NCBI GenBank assembly: GCA_964419395.1
Contig: CAYQPL010000001.1
Coordinates: 1-62,919, forward strand
DNA: 62,919 nucleotides
Direction: 5' to 3'
Origin: an uncultured Phenylobacterium sp.
GTDB lineage: Bacteria; Pseudomonadota; Alphaproteobacteria; Caulobacterales; Caulobacteraceae
Shown: positions 46,905-60,450 of the stretch, one piece after another
Layout of the letters: every line of letters starts with the position of its first letter
How positions within the stretch are numbered: position 1 is the first letter of the stretch
Program-made: the position numbers and the translations under genes
The notes under the pieces: generated by a model
Databases searched by the model: none
What the model was told of the DNA's origin: nothing
What the model saw: the letters and a program-made list of their open reading frames with translations, nothing else

Positions 46905-47599
46905 GCGGCGCTCGCCCGGGCGAAGCGGGCGTTGGCGCCCTTCCAGGCGAACGCCTTCATGTAGGCGTCGACGTAGGCCGCGGCCCTGGCGCCATAGTCC
47001 ATGTGGTAGGCGTGCTCGTACATATCGAGCGCCAGGAGCGGGCGGCCGTCGGCGAGGGTCTGGGTGTGGTCGGAGGCCCATTGGTTGACAAGCCGCTGGT
47101 CGCGTTCGCTCCAGGTGAGCAGCACCCAGCCCGAGCCGCCGCCCAGGGCCTTGCCCATGCCGGCGAACTCGGCCGCCCACCGCTCATGGCTGCCGAAATC
47201 CCGCTCGAGGGCGCGCGCCAGCGGCGCCGAGGGGGCGTCCCGTTCCCCGAACCCCTCGAAGTGGACCTCGTGCAGGACCATGGAGTTCCAGGCGAGCAGT
47301 TCCTCGCGCTTCAGCCCGTTCACCAGGAAGGTCGGCGCGGCGGCCATGTCGAGCTTGGCGAAGTCCGTCTTGATGGCGCCCAGGCGCCTCACGGCGCCGG
47401 CGTAGTTGTTGTCATAGTGGCTGCGGATGAGCTTCTCCGACAGGCCCGGAACCTTGGCGGGATCGAATGCCAGCGGCTTGGGCGTGAAGGCCGCCGCCGC
47501 GGCAGGCGTCCCTCCAGCGGTTTGTGCGGCGGCGACGGGCGCGGCGGCGGCGAGGCCGGCGGCGGCGGCCAGCAGGGTGCGGCGATCGGGATCGGTCAT
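46901..47599 (-). CDS. chrC: Fe/Mn superoxide dismutase, ChrC-like, with twin-Arg signal
   Basis: DRRTLLAAAAG; SHYDNNY, LHEVHF, GGSGW, DMYEHAY; between chrB-like gene and chrA. Confidence 0.8.
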   Translation of the reverse strand: MTDPDRRTLLAAAAGLAAAAPVAAAQTAGGTPAAAAAFTPKPLAFDPAKVPGLSEKLIRSHYDNNYAGAVRRLGAIKTDFAKLDMAAAPTFLVNGLKREELLAWNSMVLHEVHFEGFGERDAPSAPLARALERDFGSHERWAAEFAGMGKALGGGSGWVLLTWSERDQRLVNQWASDHTQTLADGRPLLALDMYEHAYHMDYGARAAAYVDAYMKAFAWKGANARFARASAA

Positions 47600-47610
47600 C
47601 GGTCTCTCCT

Positions 47611-48120
47611 TCAGAGGTCGGCGGGACGCCAGGCGTGGCGCTCGCGGTCGGGGTTGAGGCTCCAGGCGTAGAGGGCGTCGTAGAGGACCAGGCCTTGGGC
47701 CAGCAGAGCCTGGTCATCCGAGTGGGTGAGCGATAGCCCCAGCGAGACCGCGTGCAGGCCGGCGGCCTCCGGCGCCAGGTCGTGGCGGTCGGTGTCCGCG
47801 CCCCGCACGATGAGGGCGAGCCTCTCAAGTCCGGGGTCGACGAGCCCGAAGTGCGTGAGGAAGGCGTCGAAGCTGCAGAGGTCGCCGACGTGGGAGAACG
47901 GCGCGCCTGGGAGGTCGAAGACGATGGCCCCTTCCCGCTCGGCCGCCTCGAACACGGCGGGCGTCGGGACGTAGAGGATCTCCGCTTCGGGCTCGAGGAA
48001 CCGGCGGATCAGCCACGGACAGGCCAGGCGGTCGATCTTCGGCTGTTCACGGGTCACCCAGCGGGTGGGGCGGCCGCCTGGAAAAAGCTCGGAAAGGCGA
48101 CGGTCGGTCTCAGAGTCCAA
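47611..48120 (-). CDS. ChrB C-terminal-domain (ChrF-like) chromate resistance protein
   Basis: WVTREQPKIDRLACPWLIRRF, CSFDAFL, VRGADT, YDALY; TTG 48120 after GGGAG. Confidence 0.85.
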   Translation of the reverse strand: MDSETDRRLSELFPGGRPTRWVTREQPKIDRLACPWLIRRFLEPEAEILYVPTPAVFEAAEREGAIVFDLPGAPFSHVGDLCSFDAFLTHFGLVDPGLERLALIVRGADTDRHDLAPEAAGLHAVSLGLSLTHSDDQALLAQGLVLYDALYAWSLNPDRERHAWRPADL

Positions 48121-48293
48121 GGCAAGCGCTCCCGAGGGCCCGCGCAAGACGGACGCCTGAAGGAGCGGATCTTGGACGAGCGAACCCGTCTGACCGGGCG
48201 ATCCGCGGAAGCCCGATGACCCTCGGATACCCCGTCGGCGGCCCCTTGGGAAGAGGTGGACGCTAGACGGAAATCAAGGCGTCGACCCGAAGC

Positions 48294-48920
48294 TCAGACG
48301 ACGCGCTTCAGACGGGCGAAGTCGCCTGAGACCCGCAGGGTGAGCGTCACCGGCTTGCCGGCGCGGTTGCGCCAGAACCAGCCGTGGGCGCCGTCGAAGG
48401 CGGCGGTCAACTCGCCTTCGGAAACCGCCTCCGAGCCCTTGGCGTAGCCATGGTACTTGATGCCCTGCCCATCTCCGTGGGTGTCGAAGTTCAGCTTCGG
48501 CCCGTCGGTGCTCCAGCGGTAGTCGACGGTGGCGCCCTTGCGCATCTCGGCCTTGAACTCGACGGCCTGGTTGGGCGCCAGGGTGACGGTGACCTCCTCC
48601 ACCTTGCCCGCAGGCGCAGCCGCCGCGGCCGCGATTGGGGCGGACGCCGACGGCGGGGGCGCGGCGGCGACCGCAAGCGGCGGTGCGACTGTCGGCGCTG
48701 TGGCTTCGACCTCCGCTTCGGCCGCGAGGGCGACCTTCACCTCGCCCATCTGGGTCAGGCCGATGAGGCGGCCGACCCCTGTGGGGTCGATGGCGTATTC
48801 GGCCGGCACGACCACGGTGACGAGCAGCCCCGCGGCCACTGCGGCCGCGATGGCGGTGGAGCGCAGCAGTCGACCGGTGCTCGGCAGTTCGGCGGGATCG
48901 GGTTTGTGGATGTTCGACAT
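48294..48920 (-). CDS. Transmembrane-anchor protein usually paired with HupE/UreJ-like genes
   Basis: PAEYAIDPTG; FDTHGD; AFDGAHGWFWRN. Confidence 0.75.
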   Translation of the reverse strand: MSNIHKPDPAELPSTGRLLRSTAIAAAVAAGLLVTVVVPAEYAIDPTGVGRLIGLTQMGEVKVALAAEAEVEATAPTVAPPLAVAAAPPPSASAPIAAAAAAPAGKVEEVTVTLAPNQAVEFKAEMRKGATVDYRWSTDGPKLNFDTHGDGQGIKYHGYAKGSEAVSEGELTAAFDGAHGWFWRNRAGKPVTLTLRVSGDFARLKRVV

Positions 48921-48932
48921 GAGGATCTCCCG

Positions 48933-49652
48933 TCAGGCGACGAAGAAGCCGACCAGCTGATAGCCGGTGAGGACGAAGCCCGCCGTCATCAGCATGACGT
49001 TGGCGGCGTAGGCGTGCTTCCAGAAGCTCGGCGTGCGTCGCCAGAAGCCCATGGCGATGAGGATGACGCTGAGCGCCAGGATCTGACCGAGTTCGACACC
49101 GATGTTGAAGGCCAGCAGGTTCGGGATCAGCCCGTCGCGGGCGAGCTCGAAGTCCTGCAGCTTCGTTGCCAGGCCGAAGCCGTGGAAGAGCCCGAAGATG
49201 AGGGTGGCCGCCTGGGCGTTCGGCTGCACGCCGAACCAGCGCTGGAAGGCGCCGAGGTTGTCGAGGGCCTTGTAGACCACCGAAAGCCCGATGATCGCGT
49301 CGATCAGGTAGGCGTTGACGCTGATGCCGGTGAGCACGCCCAGCAGCAGGGTCACCGAGTGGCCCACCGCGAACATCGTCACATAGAGGCTGATGTCCTT
49401 CAGCCGGTAGAGGAAGAAGATCACCCCGGCCAGGAACAGCAGGTGATCATAGCCGGTCACCATGTGCTTGGCGCCCAGGTAGACGAAGGGCGCGAACAGC
49501 ACGCCGGAGCTCTCCTGGATGTAGCCCTTGTCGCCCTCGGCGACGCCATGCGCCCAGGCGGCGCCGGCGACAAGGCTGAGGATCAGGGCTGCGATGGCCA
49601 GGCGCAGCGTGCGCCAGGCGGGCCAAGGTGCTGTGGAACGGCTCGATGTCAT
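48933..49652 (-). CDS. HupE/UreJ-family membrane protein (putative Ni/Co transporter)
   Basis: Signal peptide ending AWAH; HMVTGYDHLLF, GHSVTL, GLFHGFG, FNIGVELGQ. Confidence 0.88.
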   Translation of the reverse strand: MTSSRSTAPWPAWRTLRLAIAALILSLVAGAAWAHGVAEGDKGYIQESSGVLFAPFVYLGAKHMVTGYDHLLFLAGVIFFLYRLKDISLYVTMFAVGHSVTLLLGVLTGISVNAYLIDAIIGLSVVYKALDNLGAFQRWFGVQPNAQAATLIFGLFHGFGLATKLQDFELARDGLIPNLLAFNIGVELGQILALSVILIAMGFWRRTPSFWKHAYAANVMLMTAGFVLTGYQLVGFFVA

Positions 49653-49656
49653 GGCG

Positions 49657-51003
49657 TCAGATCCCTGCCGAAGGCCATTGGCGGTGAAGGTCGTCGATGA
49701 CGAAGTCATGAGCGTGGGCCCGGTCGTCGCCTGCCGATCGCCCTTCCCGGAGATGCGGGTGGGCCGGTGGAAGGTCGTCGTGCCGATGGACCACCACGTC
49801 CGGGTCCTCGGCCGGCCAGAGGACCAGGGCCGCCACGACGCCGACGGCGGCCAGCACAGCCAGGGTGATGGAGGTCCAGCCCAGGCCGATCCGCGCCCCC
49901 ACGGCGCCGGCCACCAGATAGGTCAGCAGCCAGCAGGCGTGGGACAGGGCGAACTGGGCGGCGAAGACGGCGCTGCGGTCGTCGGGGCTGGCGGAGCGTC
50001 GCAGCAACCGGCCGGACGGGGTGAGCACCGCGGAGTAGCCGACGCCCATGATCGGCCACAGGATCAGCAGCGCGACCCAACGATCGCCCCCCGGCGCAAG
50101 GCTCGTCGCCGCTGTCGCCAGCAGGGTAGCCGCCAGGAGCAGGGCTGCGCCCGTCATCACCTTGCGGTCGTCCAGGCGCTCGAGCAGCCGCGGCAGGGCG
50201 AGCGCCGCGAGCATCGAGCCCGCGCCGAAGGCGGCCAGCGCCAGGGCGACATCGTTCTCCGAGCGGCCCAGTAGCGAGCGGACGTAGACGACGGTGTTGA
50301 CGATGACCATCGCGCCGCCCGCGGCGGCGGCGAGGTTCAGCGCCAGCAGGCCGCGCAGGCGCGGTGTCTTCAGGTAGATGCGCGAACCGCGGGTGGTCCG
50401 GGCATAGATCCCGCCGGCCTGTGGTTGTCGCTTTGGCTGCGGGACGACGACGGAGACCACCAAGGCGGCGGACGCGAGGAAGCCCAGCACGGTGCCGCCG
50501 AACAGCCAGTGGAAGCTGATGAGGCTGAGCAGCGCCGCGGCCAGCATCGGGCTGACCAGGCTTTCCATGTCGTAGGCGAGCCGCGAGAGCGACAGCGCCC
50601 GGGTATAGCGGGCCTCGTCCGGCAGGATGTCCGGAATCGCGGCCTGGAAGGTGGGCGTGAAGGCGGCCGAGGCCGACTGCAGCAGGAAGATCAAGAGGTA
50701 GATCTGCCAGATCTCGGTCACGAACGGCAGCATCAGCGCCACCCCGGCTCGCACCAGGTCCATGGAGACCAGGAAGGCCCGGCGCGGCAGCCGGTCGGCG
50801 AAGGCGTTGGCGATCGGTCCCACACCGATGTAGGCGACCATCTTGATCGCGAGCGCCGTGCCCAGGATCGCGCCGGCGTCCGCGCCGGCGAGATCGTAGG
50901 CCAGCAGGCCGAGCGCCACCGTGGCGAGACCCGTGCCCACGAGCGCGATCACCTGCGCCAGGAACAGGCGCCGGTAGGTGCGGTCGGCAAGCACGCTCAG
51001 CAT
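49657..51003 (-). CDS. nreB: NreB/NrsD-like MFS nickel exporter with His-rich tail
   Basis: RRLFLAQVIALVGTGLATVALGLLAY; FAAQFALSHACWL; C-terminal HRHDDLPPAHPH...HAHDFVIDDLH. Confidence 0.85.
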   Translation of the reverse strand: MLSVLADRTYRRLFLAQVIALVGTGLATVALGLLAYDLAGADAGAILGTALAIKMVAYIGVGPIANAFADRLPRRAFLVSMDLVRAGVALMLPFVTEIWQIYLLIFLLQSASAAFTPTFQAAIPDILPDEARYTRALSLSRLAYDMESLVSPMLAAALLSLISFHWLFGGTVLGFLASAALVVSVVVPQPKRQPQAGGIYARTTRGSRIYLKTPRLRGLLALNLAAAAGGAMVIVNTVVYVRSLLGRSENDVALALAAFGAGSMLAALALPRLLERLDDRKVMTGAALLLAATLLATAATSLAPGGDRWVALLILWPIMGVGYSAVLTPSGRLLRRSASPDDRSAVFAAQFALSHACWLLTYLVAGAVGARIGLGWTSITLAVLAAVGVVAALVLWPAEDPDVVVHRHDDLPPAHPHLREGRSAGDDRAHAHDFVIDDLHRQWPSAGI

Positions 51004-51043
51004 GGCGCTCGCCTCCGGAGCGGGGTCAGCGGGCCGGCGCGGG

Positions 51044-55477
<4,434 letters not shown>

Positions 55478-55478
<1 letters not shown>

Positions 55479-56773
55479 CAGCGGGGCTCCGCGGAAGGCG
55501 TGGATGCGAGATGGGCGAAGCGGCCGGTGAGCCGGTCGAGGGCGGCCTGGTCGGTGTGGTGTTGGCGCAAGACCGTCACCCGCCGCGCGCGGGCGTCGGC
55601 CAGGGCGCGTTCGGCCTCGGTGACGTCGATGTACTGGAAGCCGCCGCGGTTGAAGCCGTCCCGCACCAGTTCGACGGTCTTGATCGCCGACGGGATCACC
55701 TCGGCGCGGATCCGCTCGGACTCGGCCGCGGAGGCCGCGAGCTTGGCCCGCAGCCGGGCGATCTCCCGGGCCTGCAGGACCCGGGCGGCGGCGATGTCGG
55801 CCTCGGCGGCGTTGCGCTCGGCCAGGGCCCGCTCCACGCCGGCCTTGTTGGTGTCGTAGCGCTGCAGCGGGATGGTGCCGCCAACGATCAGGGCGACGTC
55901 CGAGCCTTGCCCGAAGTAGCGAACGCCGGCGCGCAGGGTGGGATCAGCCACTTGGCGGGCGCGCTCCAGCTCCACTCGCGCCAGGGCGGCGTCGCGGGTG
56001 GCGCCCAGCAGCGCCAGGTCGGCGGTCTCCGCGGGCACCGCCGCCGTGGTGGACGCCGTGCGGAAGAAGGAGGTCTCCAGATCGAGGCTGAAGTCCGGGC
56101 TGCCGCCCCAAAACGCGGCGAGCGCCGCCCGCGCATTGCGCGCCGTGTCGCGGGCTTGGTCGCGGGCGATCTCGGCCTGGGCCGTCAGCGTCTCGGCCCG
56201 GGCGCCGGCGAACAGGGGGTCCCGGGCGCTGCGGACCCGCCGGGCGATGTCGGTCTGGGAGCGTTGGGCGGCGATCAGCCGGGCCTCGGCGATCAGCAGG
56301 TCGGCTTCGGCGGCGAGCGCCGCCGCGTAGGCGACCTGCACCTCCTTGATGAGGTCCAGCCGTCGCACCTCCTGGCGGCGGCGCACCAACTCGATCTCGG
56401 CGGCCGCCACGGCGGTGCGCGCGGTGCGCTTGCCCCCGCGCTCGAAGGTCTGCTGGTAGGTCACCGTGGCTTCGGTGCGGTCGAGGATCGAGTAGGCGCC
56501 GGAGCCTGCGAAGTTCTCCAGCTCCACGCCCAGCGCCGGGTTGGGCCGCAAGCCGGCCTGGCGCTGGGCCGCCCGCGCCGCCTCCACCCGCGCCTCGGCG
56601 GCGGCGGTCGAGGGATCGACGGCCAGCGCGCGCGTCACCGCGTCGGTGAGTGTCAGGGACGGCGCCGGCGCCTGGGCCAGGGCGGCGCCGGGTCCGAAGG
56701 CGAGCGCCAGCGCCGCCAAAAACGGCGCGGCGAGGAGCCGCGCCAGGGCGCAACTCGGACGGAAGATGGGCAT
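55478..56773 (-). CDS. czcC: CzcC-type outer membrane factor
   Basis: Signal peptide; QAGLRPNP; ERGGKR; upstream of MFP and RND genes. Confidence 0.88.
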
Positions 56774-56832
56774 GAGGTCTCTCGAAGCACGATGAAACGG
56801 CGCGCGTGGCGGGGCCTCGCGCGGTCAGGCGT

Positions 56833-57282
56833 TCAGATCGAGAGCGGCTTTGGAGGTCGTTCGAGCCGGGCGCTCAGCCAGGACTCTGGCCCGTCGGCGA
56901 GCGGCAGGTCCAGGGCGGCCCCGGTGGCCACGATCAGCGCCGGCAGCCGCTCGGACTCGAGCGCCGCGAACTGCGAGGCCTCGCCCGCGTGTTGGTGGCT
57001 GCGGACTCCGTCGTCGGGGCCCTGGTCGCCGCTGTCCGGTTGGCGATGATCGTCGTCGTCAGCCGCTGCGGCGTGGTGATCGCCTTGATGGTCGGCGCCG
57101 TGGTCATGCTCGTGGTCGAAGGACACCGCCCCGGCCAAGGCGTTGGGCGCGTGTTCGACGCCCAGCGCGTGCTGGACCCGATCGACGCTGGCCACGGCGC
57201 CCTGATGAGTCAGCACCGCCATCAACGCCAGGCAGCACATGGCGAGGAACGATCGCAGCCGAGGCTTGCGGCGGTTGAACAC
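56833..57282 (-). CDS. Exported His/Asp-rich CzcI-like leader protein ending RLERPPKPLSI
   Basis: Hydrophobic N-terminus; HEHDH, DHH, HQH; immediately upstream of czcC. Confidence 0.75.
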   Translation of the reverse strand: MFNRRKPRLRSFLAMCCLALMAVLTHQGAVASVDRVQHALGVEHAPNALAGAVSFDHEHDHGADHQGDHHAAAADDDDHRQPDSGDQGPDDGVRSHQHAGEASQFAALESERLPALIVATGAALDLPLADGPESWLSARLERPPKPLSI

Positions 57283-57692
57283 TGAGGCGGCAGACTCCCA
57301 ATGGCGCAGTTGTAAGCAGGCAGCAACGACACCGCAAGATTCGGTTCAACTGCAGAACGTCGGTGAGCGACGTTCCCAAACAGGGCGCGCGATTGGCGAC
57401 AATGGCTAGTTCCTGTCGGTTGAACCCACTCTGTGGCTGTCGTAGCGCCCTCCGACGACTGATTGATGAGCGCATCGGCCTGGACCAAAGGCGCGCAGAC
57501 CAGGACGCAACAAAGACTGAGGGCGTAAAGGGCCGAGGTTGACGAATTGGCGAGGGCTGCGCCCTTGCGCCGCAAGGGTCCGTGCCTCGTTTCGCTGCGG
57601 GCGCGCCGACCTCCCTTGCGGAGCTCACCCGCTCATTGGCGCGAGCCTAGTCCCTTTGCGGGACAGGCCTGCAAAGGCCGGCGAGGAGAACT

Positions 57693-58208
57693 TCAGCGCC
57701 AGAGAGGCGCATCCTGCGCGTGAGCGCCAGCGCGAACCGCCGCAGCGCGTTCCTGCGCGAGCCGGTAGTGGCCGCGGGAGAATGCCGGCCAGTCGAGCGC
57801 CCAGCCGGCGCCCACCATGATCTCGGCAATATCGCGGCCCCAGGGGTCGAGGCAGCGCGCCACTATCCGATCGTGCGAGGGCGGCCCCGCCTGGCGGCAG
57901 GTCAGAGGATGGTCGGCGACCACGGCGACCAAGTAGCGGGTCGCCACCGGGCCATTCGGCGTCGAGGCTTCCGGCGCGTCGATCCCCCATAGCCGGATCT
58001 TGTCTTTGCCGATCCAGAAGGTGTCGCCGTCAACCACACGGGTGACCGGGCCGGCGACCGGTCGAAGGGCTGGAAGTGGCGGGGCCTGGTCCCTAAGCCC
58101 GCCGACGACGCGGGGACCGGCCAAGCCGAGCGCCACGGCGCCGAACGCCAGGAAAAGACCGGTGTTCAGCGTCACGCGGGGTCGCGGCAATCTCAGGAAC
58201 CGCATCAT
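57693..58208 (-). CDS. Thermonuclease (SNase-like) family protein
   Basis: N-terminal TM; VVDGDT, IRLWGIDAPE, MVGAGWA. Confidence 0.85.
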   Translation of the reverse strand: MMRFLRLPRPRVTLNTGLFLAFGAVALGLAGPRVVGGLRDQAPPLPALRPVAGPVTRVVDGDTFWIGKDKIRLWGIDAPEASTPNGPVATRYLVAVVADHPLTCRQAGPPSHDRIVARCLDPWGRDIAEIMVGAGWALDWPAFSRGHYRLAQERAAAVRAGAHAQDAPLWR

Positions 58209-58516
58209 TGGGTCTGCACCCCACCCTTCGAGGCAGATGCAGCCCACCGACGCGGCTCACAGGGGCTCTCCAAGTGCGGGCCGGTGGACGTGTGGATGCC
58301 TCCACGCGGCCACGATGGCCCAAAGCTGCGAGTCGGTCGAGGGGTCCCCCGCCGAATTCGTGTTGCTGCGATGTTCCAATCCGGGACTCCGCTCAAAAAA
58401 CACAATGGCTCCGCTTGCCTTCAAGTTCGGTGCGCCGCAGGGTTGCACCAGGCTTTCAGCCGACTCCCCCAAAAATAGCACTTGATCAGCGAATCGCGAC
58501 GGGCTTACTGTCGGAT

Positions 58517-58546
58517 TTGTCAGGAAATACGACATTTTCCGGACAA
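58517..58546. promoter_or_regulatory. Inverted repeat, candidate operator of the virB operon
   Basis: TTGTCAGGAAA-N8-TTTCCGGACAA (10/11 match) in an AT-richer intergenic region. Confidence 0.5.
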
Positions 58547-58706
58547 TTACCGGCTTAGGGCGCGCGGCTGGCGCTGCGCGACGAATGATGGCGCTCGCGT
58601 CGAGATTGCAGTGCAAGAGGAGCGTCACGCGTTCCGAAGCCTTGTTAGGCAAGCGCCTACGCTGTGCGCCTGGAACGCTCGCTCATGTGACGAGGAGCGC
58701 CGGCTG

Positions 58707-59348
58707 ATGGTCTTGGAGTTCGCCGCAGTCCTGGCGCTCGCCCAGCGGTGTGCTCCGTCCGTCGCCCCCGAGACCATGCTGTCCATCGTTCAGGTGGAGA
58801 GCCACAATAACCCGCTTGCCATCAACGTGAATGGCGCGGCCGACCCGGCGCCGGCGCGCACGGCCGAAGAAGCGATCCGCACGGCTGACGCGCTGATCCG
58901 CCAGGGCCGCAGCGTCGATCTCGGCCTCGGGCAGATCAACAGCAAGAACCTTGATTGGCTCGGCATGAGTGTCGCCGACGCCTTCGATCCGTGCCGCAAC
59001 CTGGCCGGCGCGGCCAGGGTCCTCGAAGCCGGCTATCTCAGCGCGGCCCGCCTGGCGCCTCAGCAGCAGGCGCTTCGGATGGCCTTTTCCGCCTACAACA
59101 CCGGAGACCATCGCCGCGGCTTCGCCAACGGCTACGTGGCCAAGGTCGAGGCCGCCGCCAGCCGGGTCGTGCCGGCCCTCGGGGGTGGCAAACCCGCCCC
59201 TCCTCCCGCCCCGACGCCTGCGCAGCTCGCCCAGGAGATCGCCGCGGAGAACCTTTCCGTGCAGGTGCCTTTGGCCGAGCCCGAACCGCCCACGTGGGAC
59301 GTGTTCGGCCGCACGAAGGCCTCGCCCGTCCTGGTGTTCGGAAGGTGA
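58707..59348 (+). CDS. virB1: T4SS lytic transglycosylase
   Basis: GAGGAG RBS; CAPSVAPET, VES, SVDLGLGQIN, FDPCRNL, SAYNTG, NGYV. Confidence 0.92.
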   Translation: MVLEFAAVLALAQRCAPSVAPETMLSIVQVESHNNPLAINVNGAADPAPARTAEEAIRTADALIRQGRSVDLGLGQINSKNLDWLGMSVADAFDPCRNLAGAARVLEAGYLSAARLAPQQQALRMAFSAYNTGDHRRGFANGYVAKVEAAASRVVPALGGGKPAPPPAPTPAQLAQEIAAENLSVQVPLAEPEPPTWDVFGRTKASPVLVFGR

Positions 59349-59437
59349 CCGAGATGCTCGCCTTCCATGACGTCAAACGTGACCACGGCCGCCGACGCGA
59401 CATATGCTGGATCCCTTGTGAGCATGGGGTGTGGCGT

Positions 59438-59737
59438 ATGCCCGAGGCGACGATCCGGGAGCGAATGCTGACGAGCCTGCGGCCAAGAAGCGGCAGGGTC
59501 GTTGGCGTGCGGATCGTCGAGGCGACCGACAGTACATGGACAATGTACGTCACGTTGAGCTGGAAGAGCGGAGAATACCTCGTCTCCGTCTACGGCTCTA
59601 CGAAACCAAAGCGGTACAAACACTTAGCCGCCGCGGTCGCCCATTGTCGGGATGCGTACAAATACTACGGCCCGATAATTCTCGAAACTGAGAAGCAGGA
59701 GCCTCCCCCCCATGATGAGCTCACAAGCCATCACTAG
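59438..59737 (+). CDS. Small basic protein between virB1 and virB2 (KorA-like position)
   Basis: 99-aa 3' part of ORF 58955..59737; PKRYKHLAAAV. Confidence 0.6.
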   Translation: MPEATIRERMLTSLRPRSGRVVGVRIVEATDSTWTMYVTLSWKSGEYLVSVYGSTKPKRYKHLAAAVAHCRDAYKYYGPIILETEKQEPPPHDELTSHH

Positions 59738-60047
59738 TCAGGCGCCGGTCGCGCGGATAACGACCGCGCGCCGGGTCGGCGCAATTGCGTTCGCCACCAT
59801 CGTCTTCACCCTCGGCCTGGTCGAACCGGCCCTCGCCCAAAACGTCGAAGGGCTGCTTCAGAACGTCCTGGACCTCCTCACCGGCAATACGGCCCGGCTG
59901 CTCGCCGTCATCGCCGTCGTGCTCCTGGGGATCGCCTGCATGTTCGGCCTTTTCGACTGGCGCCGCATCGCCATCGTCGTCGTCGGGATCGTCGTGGTGT
60001 TTGGCGCCGCGGAGATCGTCAACCTGCTGACGGGCGGCGCGGCCTAA
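59712..60047 (+). CDS. virB2: TrbC/VirB2 pilin
   Basis: Long signal ending PALA-Q; two hydrophobic segments; VVFGAAEIV. Confidence 0.9.
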   Translation: MMSSQAITSQAPVARITTARRVGAIAFATIVFTLGLVEPALAQNVEGLLQNVLDLLTGNTARLLAVIAVVLLGIACMFGLFDWRRIAIVVVGIVVVFGAAEIVNLLTGGAA

Positions 60048-60111
60048 CGGCCCGCCGTCTCGCCGCGCGGCTCGGGGGGGCTGGCGTGCGGCGGGTGGAG
60101 ATCCCCCCGTC

Positions 60112-60450
60112 ATGGAAGACGACGAACGCATCACCGAAGACACCTTGTTCCTGGCCTGCACGCGGCCGGCCATGGTCCTGGGCGTCCCTGTCGAAGCGAT
60201 GGCGATGAACGTCATCGTCACCGGCTTCATCTACCTGGTCGGACACAGCCTGCTCTACCTCAGCGTTGGCGTGGCGCTGCACTTCATCTTCCGGGCCATC
60301 GTCAAGCACGACCACAACGCCTTCCGGGTGCTGTTCATGTGGTTGGAGACGAAGGGCCGAGCCCGCAACCGCGGCTGGTGGGGCGGAAGCTCGCCTTCGC
60401 CGCTGAAGGTGCTGCGCCACTACAGCAAGAAGGACTTCCCAAATGGGTAA
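60112..60450 (+). CDS. virB3: VirB3
   Basis: LFLACTRPAMVLGVP; WWGGSSPSP. Confidence 0.92.
   Translation: MEDDERITEDTLFLACTRPAMVLGVPVEAMAMNVIVTGFIYLVGHSLLYLSVGVALHFIFRAIVKHDHNAFRVLFMWLETKGRARNRGWWGGSSPSPLKVLRHYSKKDFPNG

Noticed and set aside
57222-57575. 117-aa minus-strand ORF upstream of the czcI-like gene
   Set aside because: No motif or clear RBS, atypical codons, and overlap with the leader gene; more likely promoter DNA.
60051-60095. GC-rich hairpin between virB2 and virB3
   Set aside because: No U-tract; hairpins after pilin genes are ordinary mRNA-stability features.
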